DNA of 64,000 bases from Chitinophagaceae bacterium (GTDB taxonomy: Bacteria > Bacteroidota > Bacteroidia > Chitinophagales > Chitinophagaceae): NCBI GenBank assembly GCA_019695015.1, contig JAIBAV010000067.1, positions 3,396-67,395 on the forward strand, written 5' to 3'. The notes below the pieces were generated by a model. The model was not told the DNA's origin and searched no databases. It worked only from the letters and a program-made list of their open reading frames with translations. This document shows, one piece after another, positions 10,696 through 19,087 of the stretch. Position numbers and translations under genes: made by a program. Position 1 is the stretch's first letter, and each line of letters starts with the position of its first letter.

Positions 10696-12795
10696 ATGTC
10701 CACCTACAATCAAAGCAGAAGCAGGGTTATTCAAATAATTTTTTTATTAGTATTTGCTACTATTATTGGACAACTAATCAATCTTCAAATTTTTTCTTCT
10801 AAATACAGAATAATGGCAGATAATAATGCCATATATAGAAAAGTAATTTACCCAGATAGGGGAATTATTTATGACATAAAAAAAAGAGCAATTCTAGAAA
10901 ACACCATTATGTTTGATTTAATGGTTATTCCATCGGATACAAAAGGTATAGATAAAGTGGCTTTTAGCAATTTATTAGGAATAGATACTGTAGAGTATAG
11001 AAAAAGAATTACAACAGCAATTATAAAAAACACATCGGTAAAAGCAAGTGTATTTGAAGCTTTATTAACACCAGAAATGTATGCAAGATTAAATGAAAAC
11101 ATTTATAAATTTCCTGGGTTTATGCTTCAAGAACGAAGTATTAGAAGCTATCCATATAATACTGCTGCTGCCATTTTAGGATATATAGGTGAAGTAGATA
11201 CCTCTTTCTTAAGAAAATATAAAGACGAAGGTTATGAAATGGGAGATTATACAGGATTGAATGGTTTAGAAAGAACTTATGAAAAAGTACTGATGGGGCA
11301 AAGAGGTATAAAACGTTTTATAAGAGATAATAAAGGAAGATTACAAGGCAGTTTTGAAAAAGGATTGTTTGATACAGTTGCTATTGCAGGTAGAAATCTT
11401 TATACCAGTATTGATATAGAAGTGCAACAATTAGCCGAAAAATTGTTACAAAATAAAATTGGCAGTGCAGTTGCCATAAACCCTAAAACTGGTAGCATAA
11501 TTGCAATGGCAACAAGTCCAAGTTACAATCCTAATTCTTTAACAGGTTCAACAAGAAGAAAAAATTTTGGAAAACTTTTATTAGATACTGCCAGGCCATT
11601 ATTAAACAGGGCAATTAAAGGGCAATATCCTCCAGGCTCAACATTTAAACCATTAGGTGGATTAGTAGCTTTAGATGAAAACATTATTACTCCAAACTAT
11701 GGTTTCCCATGTGGTGGTGCATATTATAATTGTGGTAAAGCAGTTCGTTGTACACATAGTGGTGGAGGACATGCTTCTAATTTAAGAAATGCTATTGCTT
11801 ATTCTTGCAATTCATACTTTGTGCAAGTGTTTAGAATGGCTGTGGATAATCCTTTATATGCTAACCCTCAAAAAGGGTACTTAAAATGGAAAGAATATAT
11901 GAACAACTTTGGAATGGGTGTAAAGCTAGGTATTGATTTACCTGGTGAGGTTAAAGCCAGCATACCAGATACCAATAGATATAATAAAGATTTTGGCGGA
12001 CCTCGTTGGAACAGTTGTAATATTTTAACCTTAGGAATTGGTCAAGATAGAATGACTGCAACACCTTTACAATTAAGCAATTTAATGTGCATTATTGCCA
12101 ACAAAGGCTATTATTATACACCACATTTGGTAGATAGTTTAGAGAATGAAACAATAGATGATACTGTTTACCTATCTAAGTATAGAACCAAACATTTAGT
12201 TACTCATATTGCAGATAGCATATATAGCATTATACAAGATGGTATGGAAGATGTTACCATTTTTGGTACTGCAGGAAGGCTTAAAGTTCCTGGTCATAAG
12301 TATTGTGCAAAAACAGGAACAGCTCAAAATCCACATGGTAACGACCATGCTGTGTTTACTGCTTTTGCTCCAAAAGAAAATCCTAGAATAGCAGTTGCAG
12401 TAGTAGTAGAAAACTCAGGTTATGGAGGTACATGGGCTGGCCCAGTAGCTACTTTATTAATGGAGAAATATTTGAATGATACCTTAACAGTGGAAAGTGA
12501 AAAAAGAGTTGAAACTTTTTCAAAAATTGATTTAATACCGAAAGAAATTAAACGTTGGTACCATAGAAAAGATTCTATTAGAGTAGCAAAAGAAAAAGAA
12601 AAAGAAAAAGAGATGGAGCAAAGAGAAGATATAACACCAGATAGTACTACAAATATTAAAAACACTTTTGATCCGGAAGCTGAGCCAAACAGAAAAGAAA
12701 ATGATAAAAACAATAATCCATCCACATTAGATCAGCCTCCTTTATTATTACACAATACAGAAAAAAAGAAAAAGAAAGATAGTATAAAGCCATGA
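10696..12795 (+). CDS. mrdA: penicillin-binding protein 2 (elongasome transpeptidase)
   Basis: 699 aa with an N-terminal TM. Transpeptidase motifs STFKP, SCN and KTGTA. ATGA overlap with the downstream rodA. About 110 aa of K/E/D-rich C-terminal tail. Confidence 0.9.
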   Translation: MSTYNQSRSRVIQIIFLLVFATIIGQLINLQIFSSKYRIMADNNAIYRKVIYPDRGIIYDIKKRAILENTIMFDLMVIPSDTKGIDKVAFSNLLGIDTVEYRKRITTAIIKNTSVKASVFEALLTPEMYARLNENIYKFPGFMLQERSIRSYPYNTAAAILGYIGEVDTSFLRKYKDEGYEMGDYTGLNGLERTYEKVLMGQRGIKRFIRDNKGRLQGSFEKGLFDTVAIAGRNLYTSIDIEVQQLAEKLLQNKIGSAVAINPKTGSIIAMATSPSYNPNSLTGSTRRKNFGKLLLDTARPLLNRAIKGQYPPGSTFKPLGGLVALDENIITPNYGFPCGGAYYNCGKAVRCTHSGGGHASNLRNAIAYSCNSYFVQVFRMAVDNPLYANPQKGYLKWKEYMNNFGMGVKLGIDLPGEVKASIPDTNRYNKDFGGPRWNSCNILTLGIGQDRMTATPLQLSNLMCIIANKGYYYTPHLVDSLENETIDDTVYLSKYRTKHLVTHIADSIYSIIQDGMEDVTIFGTAGRLKVPGHKYCAKTGTAQNPHGNDHAVFTAFAPKENPRIAVAVVVENSGYGGTWAGPVATLLMEKYLNDTLTVESEKRVETFSKIDLIPKEIKRWYHRKDSIRVAKEKEKEKEMEQREDITPDSTTNIKNTFDPEAEPNRKENDKNNNPSTLDQPPLLLHNTEKKKKKDSIKP
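12588..12611 (+). repeat. hexanucleotide tandem repeat (AAAGAA x4) encoding KEKEKEKE in the PBP2 tail
   Basis: Read directly: aaagaaaaagaaaaagaaaaagag. Confidence 0.9.
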
Positions 12796-14135
12796 GTATT
12801 CAGCACAATAGCATGAGGGTTTCGCAAAAAACAGATACCTTAATAATATGGCTTTATGCCATATTGGTTACAATTGGTATATGTTGCATTTTTATGGTTG
12901 AATATAAACCTGGAATGAATGTGATGCAAAACATTTTAGGAGGTACAACCAATTTTAGTAAACAAACACTATTTGCTGGGGTATGTGTAATTGTGGCAAC
13001 TTTTATTATGCTAAGCGATAGTAAACTTTTTACAGCATTTGCAAATTTATTTTATGCTTTTGGCATTGTATTAATGCTGGCAACTTTTGTGTTAGGCAAA
13101 AACATTAATGGCAGTAAAAGTTGGATACCATTAGGTGGAGGCTTTAATTTACAACCAGCCGAACTATGCAAAATATTTGTATCATTGGCATTGGCTAAAT
13201 ATTTATCAAGGCAAGAAACAGACTTCTCTAAATTAAAATCTCAAATTATTGGAGCAGCTATTGCAATGGTGCCTGCCATTCTTTCTATTGCCCAGCAAGA
13301 AACAGGTTTGGCACTTGTTTACTCTGCTTTTTTTATTGTAATGTATAGAGAAGGGCTCCCTTCTACCATACTTATTACAGGTATTTCTGTAATTATTCTT
13401 GTGGTAGCAACTTTATTATTAGAGCCAAATACTTTGGCAATAATATTAACTTTAATTGCTGCTATTATAATTTTTATACTTAGAAGGCAAATAAAAAGGC
13501 AAAAAAATATTCTAACCATTATAGTTACACTTTGGCTTGTTTGTGTAAGTATTCAACGTTTTGCTGTGCCCTATTTTTTTGATAATGTTTTAAAATGTTA
13601 TCAAAGTACAAGAGTGTATAGCATGGTAGGTAAAGATTATGATTGCACTAAAAATAAACATGCTTCTAACAACACTAGTAAAGCTGTAAGAAAACCAGAT
13701 GATTATAATGTAAGGCAAAGTAAAATTGCAATTGGCTCTGGAGGGGTAATAGGCAAAGGCTATTTAAAAGGTACTCAAACACGAGGTAAATATGTACCTG
13801 AACAAAGTACAGATTTTATTTTTACTTCCATTGGTGAGGCATTTGGATTTGTTGGTAGTTTTATTTTTTTACTTCTGTACTTATTACTTTTATTACGAAT
13901 TATTAGGTTAGCAGAAAGACAAAGGAGTACATTTAGCAGGGTTTATGCTTATAGCGTAGTAAGCATTTTGTTTTTTCATATTACTGTAAATATTTGTATG
14001 ACTATTGGTTTATTTCCTATAATTGGTATTCCATTACCATTAATTAGTTATGGGGGCTCATCGTTACTTACTTTTACTATCTTAATATTTATTATGCTAA
14101 GGTTAGATGCAGATAGGCAAATGGTTTTAAGATAG
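12792..14135 (+). CDS. rodA: rod shape-determining protein RodA (SEDS glycosyltransferase)
   Basis: 447 aa multi-pass protein. FtsW/RodA/SpoVE signatures PEQSTDFIFTSIGEAFGF and GIPLPLISYGGSS. Translationally coupled to mrdA. Confidence 0.9.
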   Translation: MSIQHNSMRVSQKTDTLIIWLYAILVTIGICCIFMVEYKPGMNVMQNILGGTTNFSKQTLFAGVCVIVATFIMLSDSKLFTAFANLFYAFGIVLMLATFVLGKNINGSKSWIPLGGGFNLQPAELCKIFVSLALAKYLSRQETDFSKLKSQIIGAAIAMVPAILSIAQQETGLALVYSAFFIVMYREGLPSTILITGISVIILVVATLLLEPNTLAIILTLIAAIIIFILRRQIKRQKNILTIIVTLWLVCVSIQRFAVPYFFDNVLKCYQSTRVYSMVGKDYDCTKNKHASNNTSKAVRKPDDYNVRQSKIAIGSGGVIGKGYLKGTQTRGKYVPEQSTDFIFTSIGEAFGFVGSFIFLLLYLLLLLRIIRLAERQRSTFSRVYAYSVVSILFFHITVNICMTIGLFPIIGIPLPLISYGGSSLLTFTILIFIMLRLDADRQMVLR

Positions 14136-14139
14136 AAAT

Positions 14140-14179
14140 AAAAAAGCTGACAATAAGTATGTTTATGTCAGCTTTTTTT
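14140..14179. terminator. bidirectional terminator hairpin between rodA and the small K/E-rich gene
   Basis: AGCTGAC (14145-14151) pairs with GTCAGCT (14167-14173), with an A-run before and a T-run after. Confidence 0.6.
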
Positions 14180-14196
14180 ATAAAATTTTTACTTAA

Positions 14197-14610
14197 TTAT
14201 TCAGCACTCTTGTCTTCTTTATTAGTTGATTTCTCTTCTCTTTGTCTTTTCCTTATATCCATAAATTTAGAAAATTTTTCCTTGCCAATTACTTCTCTAA
14301 TTTTTCTATTTTTATCTTTGTTTATTTCTTTTGCTTTCTCCTCTTTCTGTTCTTTACTTAAACTATTGTCTTTTCTAATTTCTCCGGTTTTTTTGTATGC
14401 GTCATCTTGTATTGCTCTAACTTTTTTAATTTCTTCTTCAGTTAAACCAGCTTCTGTTAATGCAGCAAGCATTTCTTTTTCAAACTTTGCTTGTTTGCTA
14501 TTTATTTTTTCATTTGTAGTATTTGCAGGTACATCCGTAATTTTTCCTTGTGCATTGCTATGCATTGCAAAACCCAATAAGGTAATTGCAATTGCTAATA
14601 TTTTTTTCAT
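14197..14610 (-). CDS. small secreted K/E-rich protein (hypothetical)
   Basis: 137 aa. Signal peptide MKKILAIAITLLGFAMHSNAQ followed by a charged, probably helical body. The mirror ORF 14159..14626(+) is an antisense artefact. Confidence 0.6.
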   Translation of the reverse strand: MKKILAIAITLLGFAMHSNAQGKITDVPANTTNEKINSKQAKFEKEMLAALTEAGLTEEEIKKVRAIQDDAYKKTGEIRKDNSLSKEQKEEKAKEINKDKNRKIREVIGKEKFSKFMDIRKRQREEKSTNKEDKSAE

Positions 14611-14638
14611 TGTTGAAATATTTTAAATAAATGTAGAA

Positions 14639-15676
14639 TTAAAAATTATATCTAGGGCACCAATCGCCATATTTATTTCCTAAAATAAACCCTAAAACAA
14701 ATTCATGAGTGCCTTTACTTACAGTATTTAAACGAGATGTTGTTAAATCGTAAGAATAGCCAATATTAATACTATTGCTTAAATTAATACCAACCATAGC
14801 AGCATAACCATCTTTATATCTGTAGGAAGCACCAGCCCAAATATAATCTTGGTATTGAATTTTTGCATTCAAATCAAAACCTATAGGCATTGGGCTTACA
14901 TATCTTAATACTGCAGATGGTAAAAAAGTTAAATCATCAGTAAAAAATAAACGATAGCCAGCACTTAAAAATAAATGAGGTACAAGTTTACCTTGTTCTA
15001 AGCCTACATGGTTATTGCTATAAGTTACTTTTTGAGGTACAATTTGCTGTGCAGCTAAGCCAATAAAAAAATCTCTATCGTAAAGCCATAGGCCTGCACT
15101 TACATCTGGTCTAACATTATTTAAATATCCACTACCAGCAACTGCAGGGTCTTGTGTGCCATTGGCAAATTGTAATTTAGCAGCATTTAATCTTAGGTTA
15201 GAAATACCAGCACTAACACCTGCACTTAAGGAAGTGTGTGGACCAACACCCATGTGATATGCATAGGTTGCTGTAGCAATAAAATTATTTAAAGGGCCTA
15301 TTTTATCGTTAATAATAGATAAGCCAATACCTGCATGGTTGGATGGTGCTGTATAATCTGCTACAAAGTTTTTCCCTCTTGGGTTTTCGCCCCTAGCATG
15401 AATACTGGTAGCTGTTTCTCTTTCATAAACATCTTTCTTTAAAGGGGCATGAATTGTAAAATAAGTAGTTACAGGTGCATCTTGCAAACCAACCCATTGC
15501 ATACGATGGCTTAATTTTACATCAGTGTAATTTTCAATACCAGCAACTGCAGGGTTTACAATAAAATTGTTTAAAATGTACTGTGTGTAATAAGGTCTTT
15601 GCTGAGCATTTGTTGAAATAGTGCAAACTGCAAATAATACAGTTAGTAGGGGTAAAATCTTTTTCATACGTTCCAA
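14639..15676 (-). CDS. PorP/SprF-family type IX secretion system membrane protein
   Basis: 345 aa with a signal peptide. Family-typical N-terminus QQRPYYTQYILNNFIVNPAVAG and a beta-rich body ending in F. Confidence 0.75.
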   Translation of the reverse strand: MERMKKILPLLTVLFAVCTISTNAQQRPYYTQYILNNFIVNPAVAGIENYTDVKLSHRMQWVGLQDAPVTTYFTIHAPLKKDVYERETATSIHARGENPRGKNFVADYTAPSNHAGIGLSIINDKIGPLNNFIATATYAYHMGVGPHTSLSAGVSAGISNLRLNAAKLQFANGTQDPAVAGSGYLNNVRPDVSAGLWLYDRDFFIGLAAQQIVPQKVTYSNNHVGLEQGKLVPHLFLSAGYRLFFTDDLTFLPSAVLRYVSPMPIGFDLNAKIQYQDYIWAGASYRYKDGYAAMVGINLSNSINIGYSYDLTTSRLNTVSKGTHEFVLGFILGNKYGDWCPRYNF

Positions 15677-15763
15677 AAATAAAGGAAAGATGCAAACATA
15701 TTATGTTATGCTGTTTATTGATGCTTAAATTTTAAATATTTTTTTATTTTGTATATAATATTT

Positions 15764-15781
15764 TTCTGAAAATTCTGAAAA
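15764..15781. repeat. tandem 9-mer TTCTGAAAA x2 in a divergent promoter region
   Basis: Read directly in the spacer between the sprF-like gene and tRNA-Gln. Confidence 0.8.
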
Positions 15782-15824
15782 TAAAATAGTTATAAAATAT
15801 TTTTTGAAATCTTTGTTTATTTTT

Positions 15825-15855
15825 TTGGATAAAGTTTTTGTAGCCTTTACCTTTG
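15825..15855 (+). promoter_or_regulatory. candidate Bacteroidota promoter (-33 TTG, -7 TAccTTTG) for tRNA-Gln
   Basis: TTG at 15825-15827 and TAccTTTG at 15848-15855, with a 20-nt spacer. The tRNA starts about 20 nt downstream. Confidence 0.45.
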
Positions 15856-15874
15856 CCGTCCATTTTTAAGGTTT

Positions 15875-15948
15875 TGGCCTATAGTATAATGGTAGTACGA
15901 CAGATTTTGGTTCTGTTCGTCTTGGTTCGAATCCAGGTAGGCCAACCA
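15875..15948 (+). tRNA. tRNA-Gln (anticodon UUG), CCA encoded
   Basis: Cloverleaf folded by hand. Acceptor TGGCCTA/TAGGCCA; anticodon stem ACAGA/TCTGT with loop TTTTGGT (anticodon TTG); T arm CTTGG-TTCGAAT-CCAGG; discriminator A followed by CCA. Confidence 0.93.
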
Positions 15949-15951
15949 AAT

Positions 15952-15977
15952 AACCCACTTTTTGTGGGTTTTTTTTT
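15952..15977 (+). terminator. rho-independent terminator after tRNA-Gln
   Basis: AACCCAC-TTTTT-GTGGGTT hairpin followed by a T-run of nine or more. Confidence 0.8.
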
Positions 15978-16066
15978 ATATTTCCTACAAAATAAAGTCT
16001 TTTCAATACTAATTCACAATTCTTAAACATACTATAATTTCAATTTTTTAGCTTATAACATACGTT

Positions 16067-16074
16067 TATCTTTG
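16067..16074 (+). promoter_or_regulatory. -7 promoter box TAtcTTTG upstream of prs
   Basis: Exact TAnnTTTG match. It overlaps the TTG start of the ORF-track call (16072), which argues for the ATG at 16093/16096 as the true start. Confidence 0.4.
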
Positions 16075-16092
16075 CAGCACATTATACCCATT

Positions 16093-17052
16093 ATGATGAA
16101 TCCTTCTGTTAAAGTATTTTCAGGCACAGGTTCTCAAAAACTAGCCGAAAAAATTGCTCAACGTTTTGGTACACCACTTGGAAAAGTAAATATTCAAAAA
16201 TTTAGTGATGGTGAATTTCAACCCATTTTTTTAGAAAGTATTAGAGGCGATTATGTTTTTTTAATTCAAAGCACATTTGCACCCACCGAAAATTTAATGG
16301 AACTTTTGCTAATGATAGATGCTGCTAAAAGAGCAAGTGCCAGTAGAATTGTGGCTGTTATTCCATATTATGGTTTTGCAAGGCAAGATAGAAAGGATAA
16401 ACCACGTGTTGCAATTGGCAGTAAATTAATTGCTACACTTCTACAAGCTGCAGGTGCAGATAGAATTATTACAATGGATTTACACGCACCACAAATTCAA
16501 GGCTTTTTTGATATTCCTGTAGATCATTTAGATAGTAGTGCCATTTTTATACCTTATATTGAACAATTACAATTAGGAAACTTAACTTTTGCTGCACCAG
16601 ATGTAGGTAGTACTAACCGAGTAAGAGAAATTGCCAGTTATTTTAATGCAGAAATGGTTATTTGCGATAAACATCGTAAACGTGCCAACGAAATTGCTAG
16701 CATGGTTGTTATAGGAGATGTTACCAATAAAGACATTGTGTTGATAGATGATATTTGTGATACAGGAGGAACACTTGCTAAAAGTGCAGCTCTATTAAAA
16801 GAAAAAGGTGCCAAAAGTGTTAGAGCCTTTTGTACACATCCTGTTTTAAGTGGCAAAGCATACGAAAATATTGAAAATAGTGTTTTAGAAGAACTAGTAG
16901 TATGCGATACTATTCCTTTAAAACAAGAAAGTGGTAAGATTAAAACTATTTCAGTTGCCGATTTGTTTGCAATAGCTATACGCAATGCTTATGAAAATAA
17001 AAGTATAACCAGTTTATTTGTTCATAGCCAGTTAAGAGGCAGAGATAAGTAA
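16093..17052 (+). CDS. prs: ribose-phosphate pyrophosphokinase
   Basis: Motifs DLHAPQIQGFF, AAPDVGST and the PRPP loop LIDDICDTGGTL. Start trimmed from 16072 (TTG) to the first ATG. Confidence 0.92.
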   Translation: MMNPSVKVFSGTGSQKLAEKIAQRFGTPLGKVNIQKFSDGEFQPIFLESIRGDYVFLIQSTFAPTENLMELLLMIDAAKRASASRIVAVIPYYGFARQDRKDKPRVAIGSKLIATLLQAAGADRIITMDLHAPQIQGFFDIPVDHLDSSAIFIPYIEQLQLGNLTFAAPDVGSTNRVREIASYFNAEMVICDKHRKRANEIASMVVIGDVTNKDIVLIDDICDTGGTLAKSAALLKEKGAKSVRAFCTHPVLSGKAYENIENSVLEELVVCDTIPLKQESGKIKTISVADLFAIAIRNAYENKSITSLFVHSQLRGRDK

Positions 17053-17069
17053 AAAATTTATCTCTTTTT

Positions 17070-17450
17070 ATGAGGCTTAAATATCTTGTATTTTTAATTA
17101 TTCTATCTTCTTTTATTGGATATTTAGAATGGGGTACCGAAAGTAAAACCTTTTTAATTATTGCAGAAGCCGAAATAATTCATAAAATTATTACTCACCC
17201 TTCCTCTGTTATTCATCCTTTTATATTAATACCATTATTAGGGCAATTACTTTTAGTTTATCAGTTAATTAAAAATAAACTACAAAAAATTATTTTATAT
17301 TTAGCAATAAGTTGTATTGCCTTGCTTTTTATATTTATGCTTTTTATTGCAATTACAACACTTAATTTAAAAATTCTTTTATCTGTAATGCCTTTTTTTG
17401 TTGTAAGTATTTATACTTTATATAGTATAAAAAAAAGCCCCATTAATTAA
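17070..17450 (+). CDS. small integral membrane protein (hypothetical, about 4 TM)
   Basis: 126 aa, hydrophobic throughout, with no recognisable motif. Confidence 0.5.
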   Translation: MRLKYLVFLIILSSFIGYLEWGTESKTFLIIAEAEIIHKIITHPSSVIHPFILIPLLGQLLLVYQLIKNKLQKIILYLAISCIALLFIFMLFIAITTLNLKILLSVMPFFVVSIYTLYSIKKSPIN

Positions 17451-17487
17451 ACTAATTACTAGGGCTTAAAATTTTAAACAAATATTA

Positions 17488-17805
17488 TTACATGTTTGCC
17501 TGAATTTTTTTATCTAATACATTTTTAGGTACAGCACCAATTTGTTTATCTACTATTTTACCACCTTTAATAAACAATATGGCTGGTATAGATGTAATGC
17601 CATAGTTTACACTAACATTGGGGTTAACATCCACATTTACTTTTCCTATCTTTACTTTTCCTTCATATTCTTTTGCTAACTCTTCTATTACAGGGCCAAT
17701 TGCTCTACATGGTCCACACCATTCTGCCCAAAAATCAACAACCGATAATTTATCACTTTCTATTACTTCTTGCTGAAAGTTTGCATCTGTAAATTCTAAT
17801 GCCAT
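17488..17805 (-). CDS. trxA: thioredoxin
   Basis: 105 aa with the active site WAEWCGPC. Confidence 0.93.
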   Translation of the reverse strand: MALEFTDANFQQEVIESDKLSVVDFWAEWCGPCRAIGPVIEELAKEYEGKVKIGKVNVDVNPNVSVNYGITSIPAILFIKGGKIVDKQIGAVPKNVLDKKIQANM

Positions 17806-17957
17806 AATTGTAAATTTAATTTATTTTAATAAAACTTTTCCTTGAGTTTAAACATCAAATATATATCCAATTTACATTTTGTGCTGTTTTGACTTTTCCA
17901 CCAATGTTATTTATGACTATTTAAGCTCAAAACTGCCATTGGGGCATATTATTGTAA

Positions 17958-18305
17958 TTACTTAATTTGCTTTATAACCAAATAGCCTAAAACACAAAGT
18001 GCTAAAATTATTACAATAGAAATAATTATCCAGCCTTGTGTTTTTATTTTTCTTTTATGTTTTTTTATCCTTTTGCGTTCTAATTGTTTATCCAGGTTAT
18101 GGTTTAGTTCAGTAATAAATTGATGTACTTTTTGTTTGTTTTGTATCTTTTCTAAACCTTCCACTGCTTCTTGCAAAAAAACATTCTCTTCCATTTTAAG
18201 CTCAAATGCATGGCGTTGTTGAGGTGTTAAATTATTATTCAAATAATCAAACATTTCTTGTTCGTTACAGTCGTTTTGAAACAATATTGGCTCTTTTTCT
18301 GTCAT
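17958..18305 (-). CDS. putative anti-sigma factor (single-pass membrane protein)
   Basis: 115 aa. ATGA overlap with the upstream ECF sigma gene. One C-terminal TM (WIIISIVIILALCVLGYLVI). No HxxxCxxC zinc motif. Confidence 0.5.
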   Translation of the reverse strand: MTEKEPILFQNDCNEQEMFDYLNNNLTPQQRHAFELKMEENVFLQEAVEGLEKIQNKQKVHQFITELNHNLDKQLERKRIKKHKRKIKTQGWIIISIVIILALCVLGYLVIKQIK

Positions 18306-18871
18306 ATTTTTTGAGTCGAGTTTTTTTGAATTAGAAGCTTTAAATTTCTTTTGCCATTTTGTATAAAACTTTTAACCTGTAATAAAGAATAACCTGTTGC
18401 TTCTGATACTTGCTGATAGGTTTTCTTTTGTAAATAAAATAACGATAAACATGTTTTTTGTTCCTGGTTTAATTGTTGTAAAGCCTTTTCTAATAAGTTT
18501 AATGTTTCTTCTTTCTCCAATAGTTTTTCAATATTATATTTTGTATCATTTTCATCAACATGAGAATCGGTTATTTCAATATACACATTTTTCTTTCTTA
18601 ATTGCATTAAACAATAGTTTCTGGCCAACACGTAAATCCAACTTTTAAAATAAGTTATTTCATATTTTTTTATTTCGGCAATTGCATGCAAAAATATTTG
18701 TTGTACAGCATCTTTGGCTGCCTCTTCGTTCTTTAAATATTTAAAGCAAATGCCAAAAAGTAATAATGTATATCGTTGTAATAAAATTCCAATCCATTTA
18801 TTTTCATTACTGGAGTTGTAAAGATTTAAAAGTTCTTTATCAGTAATATGTTGGTAGTTAGCAGGCTGCAC
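18302..18871 (-). CDS. RNA polymerase ECF-type sigma-70 factor
   Basis: 189 aa. Region 2-like FKSWIYVLARNYCLMQLRK and a region 4 HTH, QKTYQQVSEATGYSLLQVKSFIQNGKRNL. Confidence 0.8.
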   Translation of the reverse strand: MQPANYQHITDKELLNLYNSSNENKWIGILLQRYTLLLFGICFKYLKNEEAAKDAVQQIFLHAIAEIKKYEITYFKSWIYVLARNYCLMQLRKKNVYIEITDSHVDENDTKYNIEKLLEKEETLNLLEKALQQLNQEQKTCLSLFYLQKKTYQQVSEATGYSLLQVKSFIQNGKRNLKLLIQKNSTQKI

Positions 18872-19002
18872 TATACACCTTTATTGCATAGTAAACTTAA
18901 TAAAGTTTAATTAATTTTTCTAATTAAAGAGTAATTTTTTTGAGAAGTTTTTTGCTGTTTAATGCCAATCTTTAAAACCAAATAAAATAGAATTTATTCA
19001 CT

Positions 19003-19010
19003 TACTTTTG
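19003..19010 (+). promoter_or_regulatory. -7 promoter box TActTTTG upstream of gcdH
   Basis: Exact TAnnTTTG match about 78 nt upstream of the ATG. Confidence 0.35.
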
Positions 19011-19087
19011 CATAAATTTTTAAAGAAATTTTAATACCAACTTTAACTTTGGTTTAATTCATTTCATCAACAAAAAAAATATTTTAC

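Noticed and set aside
14159-14626. 155-aa plus-strand ORF, F/L/S-rich
   Set aside because: It is the exact mirror of the K/E-rich minus-strand gene. AAA/GAA codons read antisense give TTT/TTC. The minus-strand product has a proper signal peptide, and the terminator hairpin lies inside the plus ORF's 5' end.
16072-16092. Extended non-ATG starts in the ORF track: prs 16072, smpB 21460, arfB 21 codons... arfB 29221, oxidoreductase 55712, tgt 58148
   Set aside because: The extensions add residues not typical of the families. In two cases (prs and tgt) they contain a TAnnTTTG promoter box. The first in-frame ATG gives canonical N-termini.
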